Assembly: GCA_032128115.1 (NCBI GenBank)
Contig: JAQBHB010000031.1
Span: 99,113-163,112, forward strand
Length of the DNA stretch: 64,000 nt
From: Deltaproteobacteria bacterium
GTDB taxonomy: Bacteria > Myxococcota_A > UBA9160 > SMWR01
Direction of reading: 5' to 3'
The translations under genes and the position numbers were made by a program. Each line of letters starts with the position of its first letter. Positions within the stretch are counted from its first letter, which is position 1. Below, piece after piece: positions 10,036 through 20,136 of this stretch. The notes below the pieces were generated by a model that saw only the letters and a program-made list of their open reading frames with translations, was not told the origin of the DNA and did not search any database.

Positions 10036-12417
10036 TCAGGGCGCCTCGGTCGGCGGATCTTCCAAAACACCGGCGGCGATCAGGCGTTCGATCTCCGCGT
10101 CGGAGAGCCCCAGCAGCTGGGAAGCGACTTCGCGGGTGTGCTCTCCCAGCAGCGGTGCCTGGCTGATGATCGGTTCCGGCAGGTCGCTTCCGTGGAACGC
10201 CGGCCCCTCTACCACCATGGGTCCGATTCCCTGCTGCTCCATTCTGCGGAGATAACCGCGCGCGGCCAGGTGCGGATCCTCGAGGTGGGATCTTCCGTTG
10301 GCCACGAAGCCGGCGGCCACGCCGTGGGCCTGGAGCGCGGCCATCACCTGGCGGGCGCCGTGCTCCCGGGTCCACGACTCGAGACCGCGGTCGATCTCAC
10401 CGCTCTTCTGGCGGCGCCCCGAGGCCGTGGTGTATTCGGCATTGCGCGCCCACTCGGGGTCGCCGATCGCCGCGCGCAGCCCCGCCCAGGCTTCGTCGCT
10501 CTTCACGTTGATCACACACCACTCGTCATCGCCGGCGCACGGGTAGCAGCCCCACGGAGCGCCCTGGTCGCTGGCGTTGCCCAGCGGCTTGACGCTTCCG
10601 GGCGCCAGGCTCTCCTTTGCGAACAGATCTCCCATCAACTGGATGGCCGATTCGAACTGGGCGGCATTCGAATGCGAACCCCGCCCGGTGCGCGCGCGCT
10701 TTACCAGCCCCGCCAGCACGGCGAAGGCGCCCACGCGGCCCACGAAGTGATCCGGGTAGACGTTGGTGGAGCCCGCCGGCTGGGCCTCGTCCTCGGGGTA
10801 GTTCCAGAGGTATTGCATACCGCTCACCGGGTGGGTGTTGGGCCCGTAGCCGATCCAGTTCTTCCACGGCCCGAAGGAGCCCACCAGCTGACTCGAAAAG
10901 CTCAGCATGCGCGGGTTCAGCTCGCGCAGGGCGTCGGGCCCCAGACCCAGGCGCTCCATCACGCCGCCGCCGTTGTTCTCGATCAACACGTCCGAGACGC
11001 GCACCAGCTTCTTGACGAGTGCGAGACCCTCCTCGGTCTTCAGATTGACACCGAAGCCCCGCTTGCTGCGGCTCGAGGAAGCGAAGGGCGGGTTCATCCA
11101 GCTGCTCAGGATGGTCCTGATGAAGTCGGGCGCGGTGCGCGTTTCGATCTTGATCACGTCGGCGCCGTACTCCGCCAGCAGGCGCCCCACTTCCACGCCC
11201 ACGGCGCCCACGCCGAAGTCGACCACCCGCAGGCCGCGCAAGGGATATCCGTCGGGCGAGGCCGGCGTCTCGGACGGATCCACGCCCAGGGGCACGCGAG
11301 CCGCCGGCCGGGCGGCGAAGCTGGCGTCCTGGTTCGGCGCGGGCGGCCCGCTGCCCGGACCCACCCGCACGCCGTCGATGGTCATGAAGCCAGACGGCAC
11401 GTCGGCCTCGAAGCCCGCGCCCACCGGAAGCTTGCGGAAGGTGCCCCGCGCCTCTGCGTGTTCGTTGCGGATCACCTCGCCGGGCTCCAGCAACGGCGTG
11501 GCCGGGATGCCGCGTCGCTGCGCCTCGCAGGCCACGTCCACCTTCTTCTTGTCGCGGAAGAAGCGCTCGATCACGGGCACGATCACCTTCATCTTGACCA
11601 GTCGGCCGATGAACTGATCGAAGGCCGGGTCCTGCAACTCTTCTGGATTCCCGATCCACTGAAGGAGCGCCTTCCAGTGATGCTTGACCAGGATGATCAT
11701 GCGGATGAAACCATCGGAGCAGCGGTACAGGGTGTAGATCCCGGTTCCCGCGCGCGGGGAGACGCTCTGCATCACCGAATAACTGGGGAGCGCCCAGTCG
11801 TCGAGATTGCCCACCGATTCCATCACCGAGACGTCCACGTGCTGCCCGCGGCCCGAACGCAGCCGCTGCCAGAACGCCAGCAACGTGGCGTAGGCGGCGG
11901 TGACGCCGGCCGTGTCATAGGCCAGGGCACCGGGCGCCACCAGTGGCGGTTTGGCCAGGATGCCCGCCCGGTGCATCAAGCCGCCGATCGCGAAGCCCAC
12001 CATGTCGGTGCCCTGGTAGTCGCGGTAGGGACCCGTCTGGCCGAAGTCGCTGATGGAGACCAGAACCAGACCCGGGTAGCGCTCCTGCAGCGCGATGGGA
12101 TCCAGATCGTTCGCAGCCAGAAAGCCGGGAGCGAACGACTCGATGCAGATGTCGGCGTCGGCCAGCAGGGCGTGCAGACGTTCGCGCCCCTCGGGTGTGG
12201 TGACGTCGAGAGTGGCTCCGCGTTTGCCGGCGTTGCGCACCGCGAAGTACAGACTCGTCTCTCCGTCCGGGGCAAACGGGGCGAGCCGGCGCGACTCCGC
12301 ACCCTGGGGCGGCTCGACACGAATCACGTCGGCACCCAGGTCCGCCAACAGGCGCCCGCAGAACTCGCCCTTTTCATCGGCCAGATCGACCACCCGCAAT
12401 CCGTCGAGCGCTCGCAC
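10036..12417 (-). CDS. Family III CoA transferase (CaiB/BaiF), two fused domains
   Basis: Two GLRVVD...LADLGADVI/LAEYGADVIKIE units; AGGAGG SD before GTG. Confidence 0.92.
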   Translation of the reverse strand: MRALDGLRVVDLADEKGEFCGRLLADLGADVIRVEPPQGAESRRLAPFAPDGETSLYFAVRNAGKRGATLDVTTPEGRERLHALLADADICIESFAPGFLAANDLDPIALQERYPGLVLVSISDFGQTGPYRDYQGTDMVGFAIGGLMHRAGILAKPPLVAPGALAYDTAGVTAAYATLLAFWQRLRSGRGQHVDVSVMESVGNLDDWALPSYSVMQSVSPRAGTGIYTLYRCSDGFIRMIILVKHHWKALLQWIGNPEELQDPAFDQFIGRLVKMKVIVPVIERFFRDKKKVDVACEAQRRGIPATPLLEPGEVIRNEHAEARGTFRKLPVGAGFEADVPSGFMTIDGVRVGPGSGPPAPNQDASFAARPAARVPLGVDPSETPASPDGYPLRGLRVVDFGVGAVGVEVGRLLAEYGADVIKIETRTAPDFIRTILSSWMNPPFASSSRSKRGFGVNLKTEEGLALVKKLVRVSDVLIENNGGGVMERLGLGPDALRELNPRMLSFSSQLVGSFGPWKNWIGYGPNTHPVSGMQYLWNYPEDEAQPAGSTNVYPDHFVGRVGAFAVLAGLVKRARTGRGSHSNAAQFESAIQLMGDLFAKESLAPGSVKPLGNASDQGAPWGCYPCAGDDEWCVINVKSDEAWAGLRAAIGDPEWARNAEYTTASGRRQKSGEIDRGLESWTREHGARQVMAALQAHGVAAGFVANGRSHLEDPHLAARGYLRRMEQQGIGPMVVEGPAFHGSDLPEPIISQAPLLGEHTREVASQLLGLSDAEIERLIAAGVLEDPPTEAP

Positions 12418-12430
12418 GGTCGTCCCTCCT

Positions 12431-12460
12431 GTCGGCAATCGTCGGCAATCGTCGGCAATC
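12431..12460. repeat. Tandem repeat (GTCGGCAATC)x3
   Basis: Three exact 10-bp copies just upstream of the CoA-transferase SD. Confidence 0.95.
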
Positions 12461-12581
12461 GATCCCGGAGGCCACTTTACGGAGGAGGCATCCCGGGATT
12501 CAAGGGTGTGGAGGCCCAAGGGCGCTTTCGATGTGCGAGAATCACCCCCCGCGATCTTCCCCAACCGACGGAGACCCCCCC

Positions 12582-13598
12582 ATGGCGTCGCTCAAGCTCG
12601 GTCTGCAACTTGGTTACTGGGGCGCAAAGCCTCCCGACGACTTCGTAGAGCTGGCCCAGGAAGCGGAGAGTCTGGACTTCGACTCGGTGTGGACGGCCGA
12701 AGCCTGGGGCTCGGACTGCTTCACACCGCTGGCGTGGATCGGCGCCCACACCTCGAAGATCAAGCTGGGCACCTCGGTGGCCCAGCTGTCGGCGCGCACG
12801 CCCACGGCAACGGCCATGGCCGCGCTGACCCTCGACCACCTGAGCCACGGCCGCATGATCCTGGGCCTGGGGGTCTCGGGCCCCCAGGTGGTAGAGGGCT
12901 GGTACGGCCAGCCCTTTTCGAAGCCCCTGGCCCGCACCCGGGAGTACGTCGACATCATCCGCCAGGTGCTGCGGCGCGACGCCCCGGTGGCGAGCGATGG
13001 CCCCCACTATCCCCTGCCGCGCACCGGTGAGGGTTGCTGGGGGCAGGGCAAGCCGTTGCGCTCGATCACGCATCCGCTGCGCGCCGACATTCCCATCTAC
13101 CTGGGCGCCGAGGGGCCGAAGAACGTGGCGATGGCCGCTGAGATCGCCGACGGCTGGCTGCCGCTCTACTACTCGCCCTACCGTCCGGAGGTCTACGCCG
13201 AGTCGCTGGGCCGCCTCAAACCGGGATTCGAGATCGCGCAGATCGTGACCGTCTCGATTACCGACGACATCTCCGCGGGCCTGATGCCCATGAAGGCCGC
13301 CATCGGCTTCTACATCGGGGGCATGGGCTCGAAGAAGCGCAACTTCCACAAGGAGCTGATGGGCCGCATGGGCTTCGCCGCCGAGGCGGAGAAGATCCAG
13401 GAGCTCTTCATGGAGGGGAAGCGGGGCGAGGCCATCGCCGCCGTGCCCGAGTCGTTCGTCGACGAGATTTCGCTGGTGGGACCCATCGAGCGCATCCGCG
13501 ACCGGCTCGAGGCGTGGAAGGAGACTCCCGTCACCACCCTGCTGCTGGGCAACCGCGACAAACAGACGCTCCGCACCATGGCGGAGCTCGTGCTGTAG
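12582..13598 (+). CDS. LLM-class F420-dependent oxidoreductase
   Basis: SVWTAEAWGSD, ARTPTATAM, LGLGVSGPQVVEGWYG, GAEGPKNV. Confidence 0.9.
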   Translation: MASLKLGLQLGYWGAKPPDDFVELAQEAESLDFDSVWTAEAWGSDCFTPLAWIGAHTSKIKLGTSVAQLSARTPTATAMAALTLDHLSHGRMILGLGVSGPQVVEGWYGQPFSKPLARTREYVDIIRQVLRRDAPVASDGPHYPLPRTGEGCWGQGKPLRSITHPLRADIPIYLGAEGPKNVAMAAEIADGWLPLYYSPYRPEVYAESLGRLKPGFEIAQIVTVSITDDISAGLMPMKAAIGFYIGGMGSKKRNFHKELMGRMGFAAEAEKIQELFMEGKRGEAIAAVPESFVDEISLVGPIERIRDRLEAWKETPVTTLLLGNRDKQTLRTMAELVL

Positions 13599-13648
13599 GT
13601 TATTTCACGCTGTAGTCGCGCCCCTCGAGACAGGCGGAGAGGATCCCA

Positions 13649-13685
13649 GAATGACAACGCCCCGCCGGAGCGGGGCGTTGCATTC
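13649..13685. terminator. Stem-loop between convergent genes, probable terminator
   Basis: CAACGCCCCGC-CGGA-GCGGGGCGTTG perfect 11-bp stem with GAATG/CATTC extension. Confidence 0.7.
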
Positions 13686-13737
13686 GATTTCGAGCCTGCG
13701 CGAGCCAGCGCGAGCCTGCGCCAGCCAGCGGGAAGGG

Positions 13738-14604
13738 TTACTTCTTCGAGCGACGCCTACCCAGCAGTACCAGACCCGCGCCCCCCGAAGCGAGCAGCAG
13801 GATCAAGCCCGGCTCGGGGATGAATACGAACTTTCCGAGACCGCGAAAGAAGATGTTGTCCGAATTCGGGTTCAGGCTGGTGCGGACCGCCGACGCGGTC
13901 ACGACCTGGATCACGCCACCCACCTGAGCCGCCGTGCTGGAGGCCGAGGCCGGACCGTGCACGAAGCCGGTGATGCTGCGCGTAGTCAGCGCGGCGGTGG
14001 GGGGAGGGTTCCGCACATTCGTGGCCTGGGCCACTCCGACGGTCCACGGCGCGCCGAAAACCGAGATTTTCACACCGTTGGCGTTGTTGAAGGTGTTGAC
14101 GGTGATGAGGCCACCGAGGCCGGCCCCGGCCGTCCCGTTGATCGTGAACGGGATCGGGAGAGGGCCGATGCAATTGGCAAACAGGACGCAGAGCTGCGCG
14201 TTGCCGGGCACCTTACGCGTGGCGTTGCCGCCGATCGCCGCCGGGGCCCCAGTGATCCCCGTGAACGTCCCCGTACCCAGGCGCGCCGTCGCGATCAGGG
14301 TGACCAGCGACGCGTTATTCGGGTCGGTGAGCGGGGTGGTGACAGCTCCCGAGATCGGGCAGCCGCCGGGGGAGCCCGGGTTGTCGCAGGCAAGGCGGAA
14401 GGTCCCCAGGTGGGTCGCGCCTCCGCCGCCACTGCCCACCGTGGCCACGCCGGTGCCGGTGAAGATCGTGGGCGCCGTCTCACCCAGGGCCAGGAACGTC
14501 GAGCCGGTCCAAATGAGGGTCGAGGCCTGCGCCGAGCCGGCGAGCGCGAACGCGCCGATCAGAATCGCTGTAAAGCCTAATAACTGTCGTAACTGTCGTC
14601 TCAC
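13738..14604 (-). CDS. PEP-CTERM sorting-domain surface protein (Thr/Gly-rich)
   Basis: Signal peptide ending AQA; C-terminus IPEPGLILLLASGGAGLVLLGRRRSKK; GGAGG SD, GTG start. Confidence 0.9.
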   Translation of the reverse strand: MRRQLRQLLGFTAILIGAFALAGSAQASTLIWTGSTFLALGETAPTIFTGTGVATVGSGGGGATHLGTFRLACDNPGSPGGCPISGAVTTPLTDPNNASLVTLIATARLGTGTFTGITGAPAAIGGNATRKVPGNAQLCVLFANCIGPLPIPFTINGTAGAGLGGLITVNTFNNANGVKISVFGAPWTVGVAQATNVRNPPPTAALTTRSITGFVHGPASASSTAAQVGGVIQVVTASAVRTSLNPNSDNIFFRGLGKFVFIPEPGLILLLASGGAGLVLLGRRRSKK

Positions 14605-14621
14605 GCTGGTGTCCTCCAGTT

Positions 14622-14657
14622 GCTTGGGAACCCGCTTGGGAACCCGCTTGGGAGCCG
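14622..14657. repeat. Tandem repeat GCTTGGGAACCC x~3 in the 5' leader of the PEP-CTERM gene
   Basis: Two exact copies and one near-exact 12-bp copy. Confidence 0.9.
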
Positions 14658-14700
14658 AATGGAGCCCCGCCAACGGGGCACAAGGCTCCGGCCATGAAAA

Positions 14701-14718
14701 GTGCAATCCATGTGCCCA
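14701..14718 (-). promoter_or_regulatory. Sigma-54 (-24/-12) promoter of the PEP-CTERM gene
   Basis: Minus strand GGGCACATGGATTGCA = GG-N10-GC, about 100 bp upstream of the start. Confidence 0.75.
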
Positions 14719-14892
14719 GCCGATCTCCCCCCCGGGGGCAATGAAAAGTGCTTTGGTGGCAGTGGGTTATCCAGATAAGGCCAACAGCCGGCCATGTCGG
14801 ATAGGAACGACTTTTCCCACAAGTGGGTAACCGCTTTCCATCTTCGGAACCGGCCGGCGTAGACTGGCAGTCGGGGGTTGTCGGAGGGTTCC

Positions 14893-15459
14893 ATGCCGGA
14901 CCGATTCCCTGCCTGGCTTTGCTCGATCTCCCTGACCCTGTTCCTGCCTGCCTGCGGATCGCAGACGGAAGTGGGCGAGACGCCCGGGGTGAAAGCGGTT
15001 CCCATCACCGGGATGTACGAGGTCTCGGGGGTGACGGTTACGAAACGCAGCGGCGAGAAGCGCAACCTCGCCGGCAAGATCATCCTGCTCGAGCAGGACG
15101 GGAAGTACACCGCGACCTTTGATCTCGCCACCGAATTCCCCATGGGGGGCGAAGCGTTTCCCGCCGGGGTGATCGGCAAGGGCGAGGGCCTCATCGAGGG
15201 CCGCAAACTCACGGGCACGGCGGAAACCCAGCTGGTGGTAGCCACGGTGCCCGGGGTCGACACGGCTTTCGCCTACCTGCCGCGCCAGGTAAGCACGCGC
15301 ATCCTGTCGACCTCCACCACCACGATTGCGGCCGACGGCACGGTCGAGATCGAGATCGAGAACCAGCCGGCCGCCGGTGAGGAGTACGCTCCCACGCGCA
15401 CCACCCTGCACGGCTCGCGCATCTCGGACGTGGCCGTCGCCCCGCCGGATTCCGACTGA
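14893..15459 (+). CDS. Hypothetical lipoprotein (beta-rich)
   Basis: Lipobox LPA-C; GGAGG SD. Confidence 0.75.
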   Translation: MPDRFPAWLCSISLTLFLPACGSQTEVGETPGVKAVPITGMYEVSGVTVTKRSGEKRNLAGKIILLEQDGKYTATFDLATEFPMGGEAFPAGVIGKGEGLIEGRKLTGTAETQLVVATVPGVDTAFAYLPRQVSTRILSTSTTTIAADGTVEIEIENQPAAGEEYAPTRTTLHGSRISDVAVAPPDSD

Positions 15460-15502
15460 TGGACATTCCGACTGATGAACTGATGGACTGAAGGACTGAT
15501 GA
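15455..15502. repeat. Degenerate 8-bp ACTGATGG-like tandem array
   Basis: ACTGATGG...ACTGATGA ACTGATGG ACTGAAGG ACTGATGA between convergent genes. Confidence 0.7.
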
Positions 15503-15517
15503 GCGGGGAGCCGGGGG

Positions 15518-16984
15518 CTAGGGCGCTTCCAGGTAGCCGAGTTCCTGGAGGCGCTGCGTCGACTCGGCGTCGAGTCCGCCGAAGGCGGGCCGCGTGCCGC
15601 GGCGGGCCGCGTCCGGTAGCGGCGGGTCGCCGCCCGCGTGCTCCACATACACGTCGAGCAACGACTGCAGACGCTCTTGCTCGCCCTTCCACTCCGGATC
15701 GCCCGCCAGATTCCGCTGCTCGCCGGGATCCGCTGACAGGTCGTACAGCTCACGGGATCCGGCCGACGAGCTGATGAGCCGAAGATCGCCCGCCTGCACC
15801 GAGCGCAGACGCTGGAGATACGGCGCGAGCGGGGCGCCAGGAGCAGCGTAAGCCCGCTCTGGAAACGGACCCAACGCCTGGAACGGGTAATAGTATTCGG
15901 CGAACATGGGCGTTTCGTCGCGCCCGTCGCCGAGGTTCAGCAGGTCGCGGCCATGCGCGGCGGCCGCCGCCGGGGCGATGCCCGCCCTCGCCAGGATCGT
16001 GGTGAACACGTCCAACAGACCCACGGTCTCGTCACGCACTTCACCTGCGCGGGCACCGTCGGGCGGTACCAGGATCAGGGGGATCCGCACGCTGGTGTCG
16101 TAGAGGTTGAACACGTGACGGAAGTGACCATGCTCTCCGATGTTCTCGCCGTGGTCCGACATGACTACGAGCAGCGTGTCGTCGAGGCGACCCGAACCTT
16201 CGAGGGCATCCACGAGCCCCCCAAGCAATTCGTCGACCCGGGCCACCTCGCCGTCGTAGAGATCGTTCAGCACCGCGAACTCGGCTGCCGGGATGGTCGA
16301 GCGGTCCATGTAGTACCCCACGGCGCCACGCTGCAGGGCGGACGCGAGCAGGGCGGGATCCGTGCCCGCAGCCAGGAAGCGCGACCGGTGGGGCTCGGGC
16401 GGCTGGTAGGGACCGTGAGCCTCCACATAGTTCACGAAAACGAAGAAGGGGCGATCGGGGGGCAGCGCGTCGAGAAACGCCATCACCGCCCGCGCATTCG
16501 GATGGCGCTCGGGTGCGGGGTGGCCGTGCGCTCCGCCCCCGCGCCAGCTGTCGACGAAGACGTCGAAGCCGCGATCGAGACCCGTACTCGCACTCACCAG
16601 CGGGTTGGCCGACGCGGCGAAGGTGGCATAGCCGTGCGCACCCAGGATGTCGGCCAGGGTCGAAGCGCCCCCCGAGAGCCGGGTGTTCTCCTGGGTGGCG
16701 CCGTGCTCGATGGGGGAGAGGCCCGTGAAGAGCGAGGCGTGGGCGGGAAGCGTCCAGCTCGACGTGGAGAACGCGTTCGCGAAGCGGATGCCCCGTTCGC
16801 ACAGGGCATCCATGCGAGGGGTGGTGGGCCGGGAGTAGCCGTAGCAGCCCACGCGATCCGCGCGCAGGGTGTCGAGCACCACCAGCACCACGTTGGTCGG
16901 TGGCGCAGCCCGGGGGCCGCACGCGGGCGCGGCGGCAGCAGCGGCGATCGCCATCAGGAGTCGAATGCGCCTGCCGCCGGACAT
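15518..16984 (-). CDS. Sulfatase-like (alkaline phosphatase superfamily) lipoprotein
   Basis: DTLRAD, SSWTLPAHASLFTG, EAHGPY, YDGEV, SDHGE. Confidence 0.88.
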   Translation of the reverse strand: MSGGRRIRLLMAIAAAAAAPACGPRAAPPTNVVLVVLDTLRADRVGCYGYSRPTTPRMDALCERGIRFANAFSTSSWTLPAHASLFTGLSPIEHGATQENTRLSGGASTLADILGAHGYATFAASANPLVSASTGLDRGFDVFVDSWRGGGAHGHPAPERHPNARAVMAFLDALPPDRPFFVFVNYVEAHGPYQPPEPHRSRFLAAGTDPALLASALQRGAVGYYMDRSTIPAAEFAVLNDLYDGEVARVDELLGGLVDALEGSGRLDDTLLVVMSDHGENIGEHGHFRHVFNLYDTSVRIPLILVPPDGARAGEVRDETVGLLDVFTTILARAGIAPAAAAAHGRDLLNLGDGRDETPMFAEYYYPFQALGPFPERAYAAPGAPLAPYLQRLRSVQAGDLRLISSSAGSRELYDLSADPGEQRNLAGDPEWKGEQERLQSLLDVYVEHAGGDPPLPDAARRGTRPAFGGLDAESTQRLQELGYLEAP

Positions 16985-17013
16985 GCCGGCAATGCTAGCG
17001 CGCGGGACGTCGC

Positions 17014-20000
17014 CTACGGCGCAACGTGCTGCTCGCGTGCCGCGCCCAGGGCGCGCCGGATCGCTCCGGGAACGCGAGACAGCCAATCGACGAAGTCGTC
17101 GAGCACCAGATAGAACACCGGAACCACCAGCAGGGTGAGCAGGGTCGACGAGAACATTCCCGCGGCCACGGCCACGGCCATGGGTGCCCGGGTCTCCGCG
17201 CCCGGGCCCACACCCATGGCGGCGGGCAACACGCCGAAGATCATCGAGAGCGCCGTCATCAGCACCGGGCGCATGCGCACCGGGGCCGCCGTGCGCATGG
17301 CTTCGAACTTGTCCATTCCCTCGGACCTCAGCTGGTTGGCGTAGTCCACCAGCAGGATCGAGTTCTTCGTCACCAGCCCCATGAGCAGCACGATCCCGAT
17401 CAGGCTGAACAGGTTGAGGGTCATCCCGAATACCATGAGCGCACTCAGGGCTCCCACCATGGCCAACGGCAACGCCAGCATCACCGTGAGCGGGTGCACC
17501 AGGCTCTCGAACTGGGCGGCGAGCACCATGTAGATCACCAGGATGGCCAGGCCCAGCGCCAGGCCGAAATCGGCCATGCCCTCGCGGAAGGCCTCGGCTT
17601 CTCCCGAGAGCTCGAGACTCACGCCTTCGGGAAGGATGCTCGCCCTCAGTTCCGTGATCTCATCGATGGCGGCGTCCAGGTTCTTGCCCTCGAGGCCCGC
17701 GCTCACGCGCACGCTTCGCTGGCGATCGGTTCGCGTGATGGCGGACGGCGCCGCTCCCGTTTCGATCTGGATCAGGTTGCGAAGCTCCACCACCTGTCCA
17801 TCGTTGGCGCGCACGTAGAGCTGGCCGATCGAGTTCGGATCGCGGCGGTCGGCCTCGGCCAGGCGCACGCGGATGTCGTAGCGCTGGCCGCCTTCCTTGT
17901 ACGTCCCCACGTCGAGACCCCCGATCATGGCCTGGACGGTGGTAGCCAGGGTGCGCGCGTCAACGCCCAGGGCCGCCGCTTTCTCGCGATCGGGCAGCAC
18001 CCGCACCTGGGGCAGGCCCAGACGCAGGCTCTTCTGGATGTCCACGTAGCCGCCCCGTTCGTCCATCCCCTGGACGAAAGCGTCGGCGTAGGCGTCCAGC
18101 TGCGCCAGCTCCACGTTGCCGCGGATTTCGAAAGCGAAATCGCCCTCGCTCACGTTCATCATGTTCGAGAGGTCGAAGACCTGGATCTCCTGGCCCGGGA
18201 TCTGCTTGAGCGCCTTGCGGGCCAGAGGCACCAGCTCCTGGGTGGTGCGCTCGCGATCGCGTTTGCTCTTCAGGATCGCGAACATGATGCCCTGGCTCGG
18301 GTCCCCCTTCGTCCGGTGTCGCCCGACGCCGGCACCCGCGAACAGCCCTGCCACCTCCGGCTGTTCCAGCACCCATTTCTCGTTCTGCTGCAGATATTCG
18401 AGGGTGGTTTCCAGCGGGGTACCCGGCGGCGTCTCGAAGCGCGTGAAGAACATGCCGTTGTCCGACGGCGGGAAGAACTCGCCGCCCAGGCCGCCGCTCA
18501 TGGCGAAGGCCAGGGTCACCGCGAGACTGAGCGCTGCGCCCCCGAGGGTGAGTGCGCGGTGGCGAAGAGCCAGGTCCAGCAGGTTGCGGTAGCCCCATTC
18601 GAGGGCGAGGAAAGCCCGCTCCAGACGCTGGTAGATGCTGCCGTGGGCCCGCTCCCTGGGGGCTGGCATGCGCGCAGCCAGCATGGGCGTCAGCGTCAGC
18701 GCCACCACCAGCGAGATCATCACGGCCGTGCCCACGCTCACCCCGAACTCTCCCAGGAAGCTGCCCACGATTCCGCGCACGAAGACCACCGGGAGGAACA
18801 CCACGGCGATGGAGACGGTTGCCGCCGTGGCGGCGAACGCGATCTCGCGTGTACCGCGCGATGCCGCCACCTCGGGCGACTCCCCCTGCTCGCGGTGGCG
18901 CTCGATGTTCTCGAGCACCACGATGGCGTCGTCGATCACCACCCCCACCGCCAGCGCCAGCGCCAGCAGGGTCATGGTGTTGAGCGTGTAATCCATGAGC
19001 CACATGACGCCGAAGGTGGCGATCAGCGAGATCGGGATCGCCACGGCCACGATCAGGGTGGGGCGCGTGCGGCGCAGGAACACGAAGACCGTGAGGACGG
19101 CGAGCAAGGCGCCGAAGAACAGGGCGAACAGGGTTTCGTCCACGGCCTCACGGATGGCCTTCGAAAAGTCGGCGGCGCCCTCCTTCTCGACGAAGCTGAT
19201 TCCAGCCGGCAGGTTGGGCTCCATGGCCTCCATGCGCCGATAGACTTCGTCGACCACCGCCACCGTGTTGGCGCCGGACTGCTTGCGGACTCCGATCCCG
19301 ACCGTGGGTTTGCCGTTGAACTGGGCCAGGGTGGAGGGGTCTTCGGCCCCATCCTCCACGCGCGCTATGTCCGACAGGCGCACGACCGCACCGTCCGACC
19401 ACGCCACCACCAGCCCGCGCAGCTCCTCGACGGACCGGAACTCCGCGTCGGTCTTGACCGTGTACTCGATGCGCGAGCTCTCGACCTTGCCGCCGGGCAC
19501 TTCGACGTGCTCGCGACCGATGGCGTCGAGCACGTCGGTCGCTGCCAGTCCGCGCGCGCGCATCTGCTCACCATCGAGCCAGATGCGAATGGCGCGATCG
19601 CGGCGACCGAAGAGCACGATGGACGCCACACCGGGAACCGTCTCCAGCTTGGGCTTTACGTGGTGACGGATGAATTCGCTCACCTCCACCATGGGCTGGT
19701 CGGAGTGGATGGGCATCCAGAGCACCGGCTCGTCGCCCATGTCCTCCTTGGAGACCACCGGCGGTTCCACGTCCGGAGGCAGATCGTTGCGAGCGCTCGC
19801 CACCTTGTCGCGCACATCCTGGGTCGCCGAGTCGATGTCGCGGTTGAGCTCGAACTCCACGGTGATGGTGGCCGAACCGTGGGAGGTGGTGCTCTCCAGC
19901 CGGCGCACCCCGGCGATGGTATTCAGGTGCTCCTCCAGAACGTCGGTGACGTCCTGCTCGACCACCTCGGGGCTGGCTCCTTCCAGGCTGGCCATCACCG

Positions 20001-20136
20001 TGACCACCGGAAAGTCCATGTTGGGAAACTGGTCGACGCCGAGTCGTTTGTATCCCAGCAGGCCGAAAACCAGCAGCGAGAGCGTGAGCATCAGCGTCAG
20101 GATCGGACGCCGGATGAAGAGATCGACCGGGTTCAT
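17014..20136 (-). CDS. RND efflux permease (HAE1/AcrB family)
   Basis: 1040 aa; GVVIDDAIVVLENIERH, KNSILLVD, RMRPVLMT. Confidence 0.95.
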   Translation of the reverse strand: MNPVDLFIRRPILTLMLTLSLLVFGLLGYKRLGVDQFPNMDFPVVTVMASLEGASPEVVEQDVTDVLEEHLNTIAGVRRLESTTSHGSATITVEFELNRDIDSATQDVRDKVASARNDLPPDVEPPVVSKEDMGDEPVLWMPIHSDQPMVEVSEFIRHHVKPKLETVPGVASIVLFGRRDRAIRIWLDGEQMRARGLAATDVLDAIGREHVEVPGGKVESSRIEYTVKTDAEFRSVEELRGLVVAWSDGAVVRLSDIARVEDGAEDPSTLAQFNGKPTVGIGVRKQSGANTVAVVDEVYRRMEAMEPNLPAGISFVEKEGAADFSKAIREAVDETLFALFFGALLAVLTVFVFLRRTRPTLIVAVAIPISLIATFGVMWLMDYTLNTMTLLALALAVGVVIDDAIVVLENIERHREQGESPEVAASRGTREIAFAATAATVSIAVVFLPVVFVRGIVGSFLGEFGVSVGTAVMISLVVALTLTPMLAARMPAPRERAHGSIYQRLERAFLALEWGYRNLLDLALRHRALTLGGAALSLAVTLAFAMSGGLGGEFFPPSDNGMFFTRFETPPGTPLETTLEYLQQNEKWVLEQPEVAGLFAGAGVGRHRTKGDPSQGIMFAILKSKRDRERTTQELVPLARKALKQIPGQEIQVFDLSNMMNVSEGDFAFEIRGNVELAQLDAYADAFVQGMDERGGYVDIQKSLRLGLPQVRVLPDREKAAALGVDARTLATTVQAMIGGLDVGTYKEGGQRYDIRVRLAEADRRDPNSIGQLYVRANDGQVVELRNLIQIETGAAPSAITRTDRQRSVRVSAGLEGKNLDAAIDEITELRASILPEGVSLELSGEAEAFREGMADFGLALGLAILVIYMVLAAQFESLVHPLTVMLALPLAMVGALSALMVFGMTLNLFSLIGIVLLMGLVTKNSILLVDYANQLRSEGMDKFEAMRTAAPVRMRPVLMTALSMIFGVLPAAMGVGPGAETRAPMAVAVAAGMFSSTLLTLLVVPVFYLVLDDFVDWLSRVPGAIRRALGAAREQHVAP

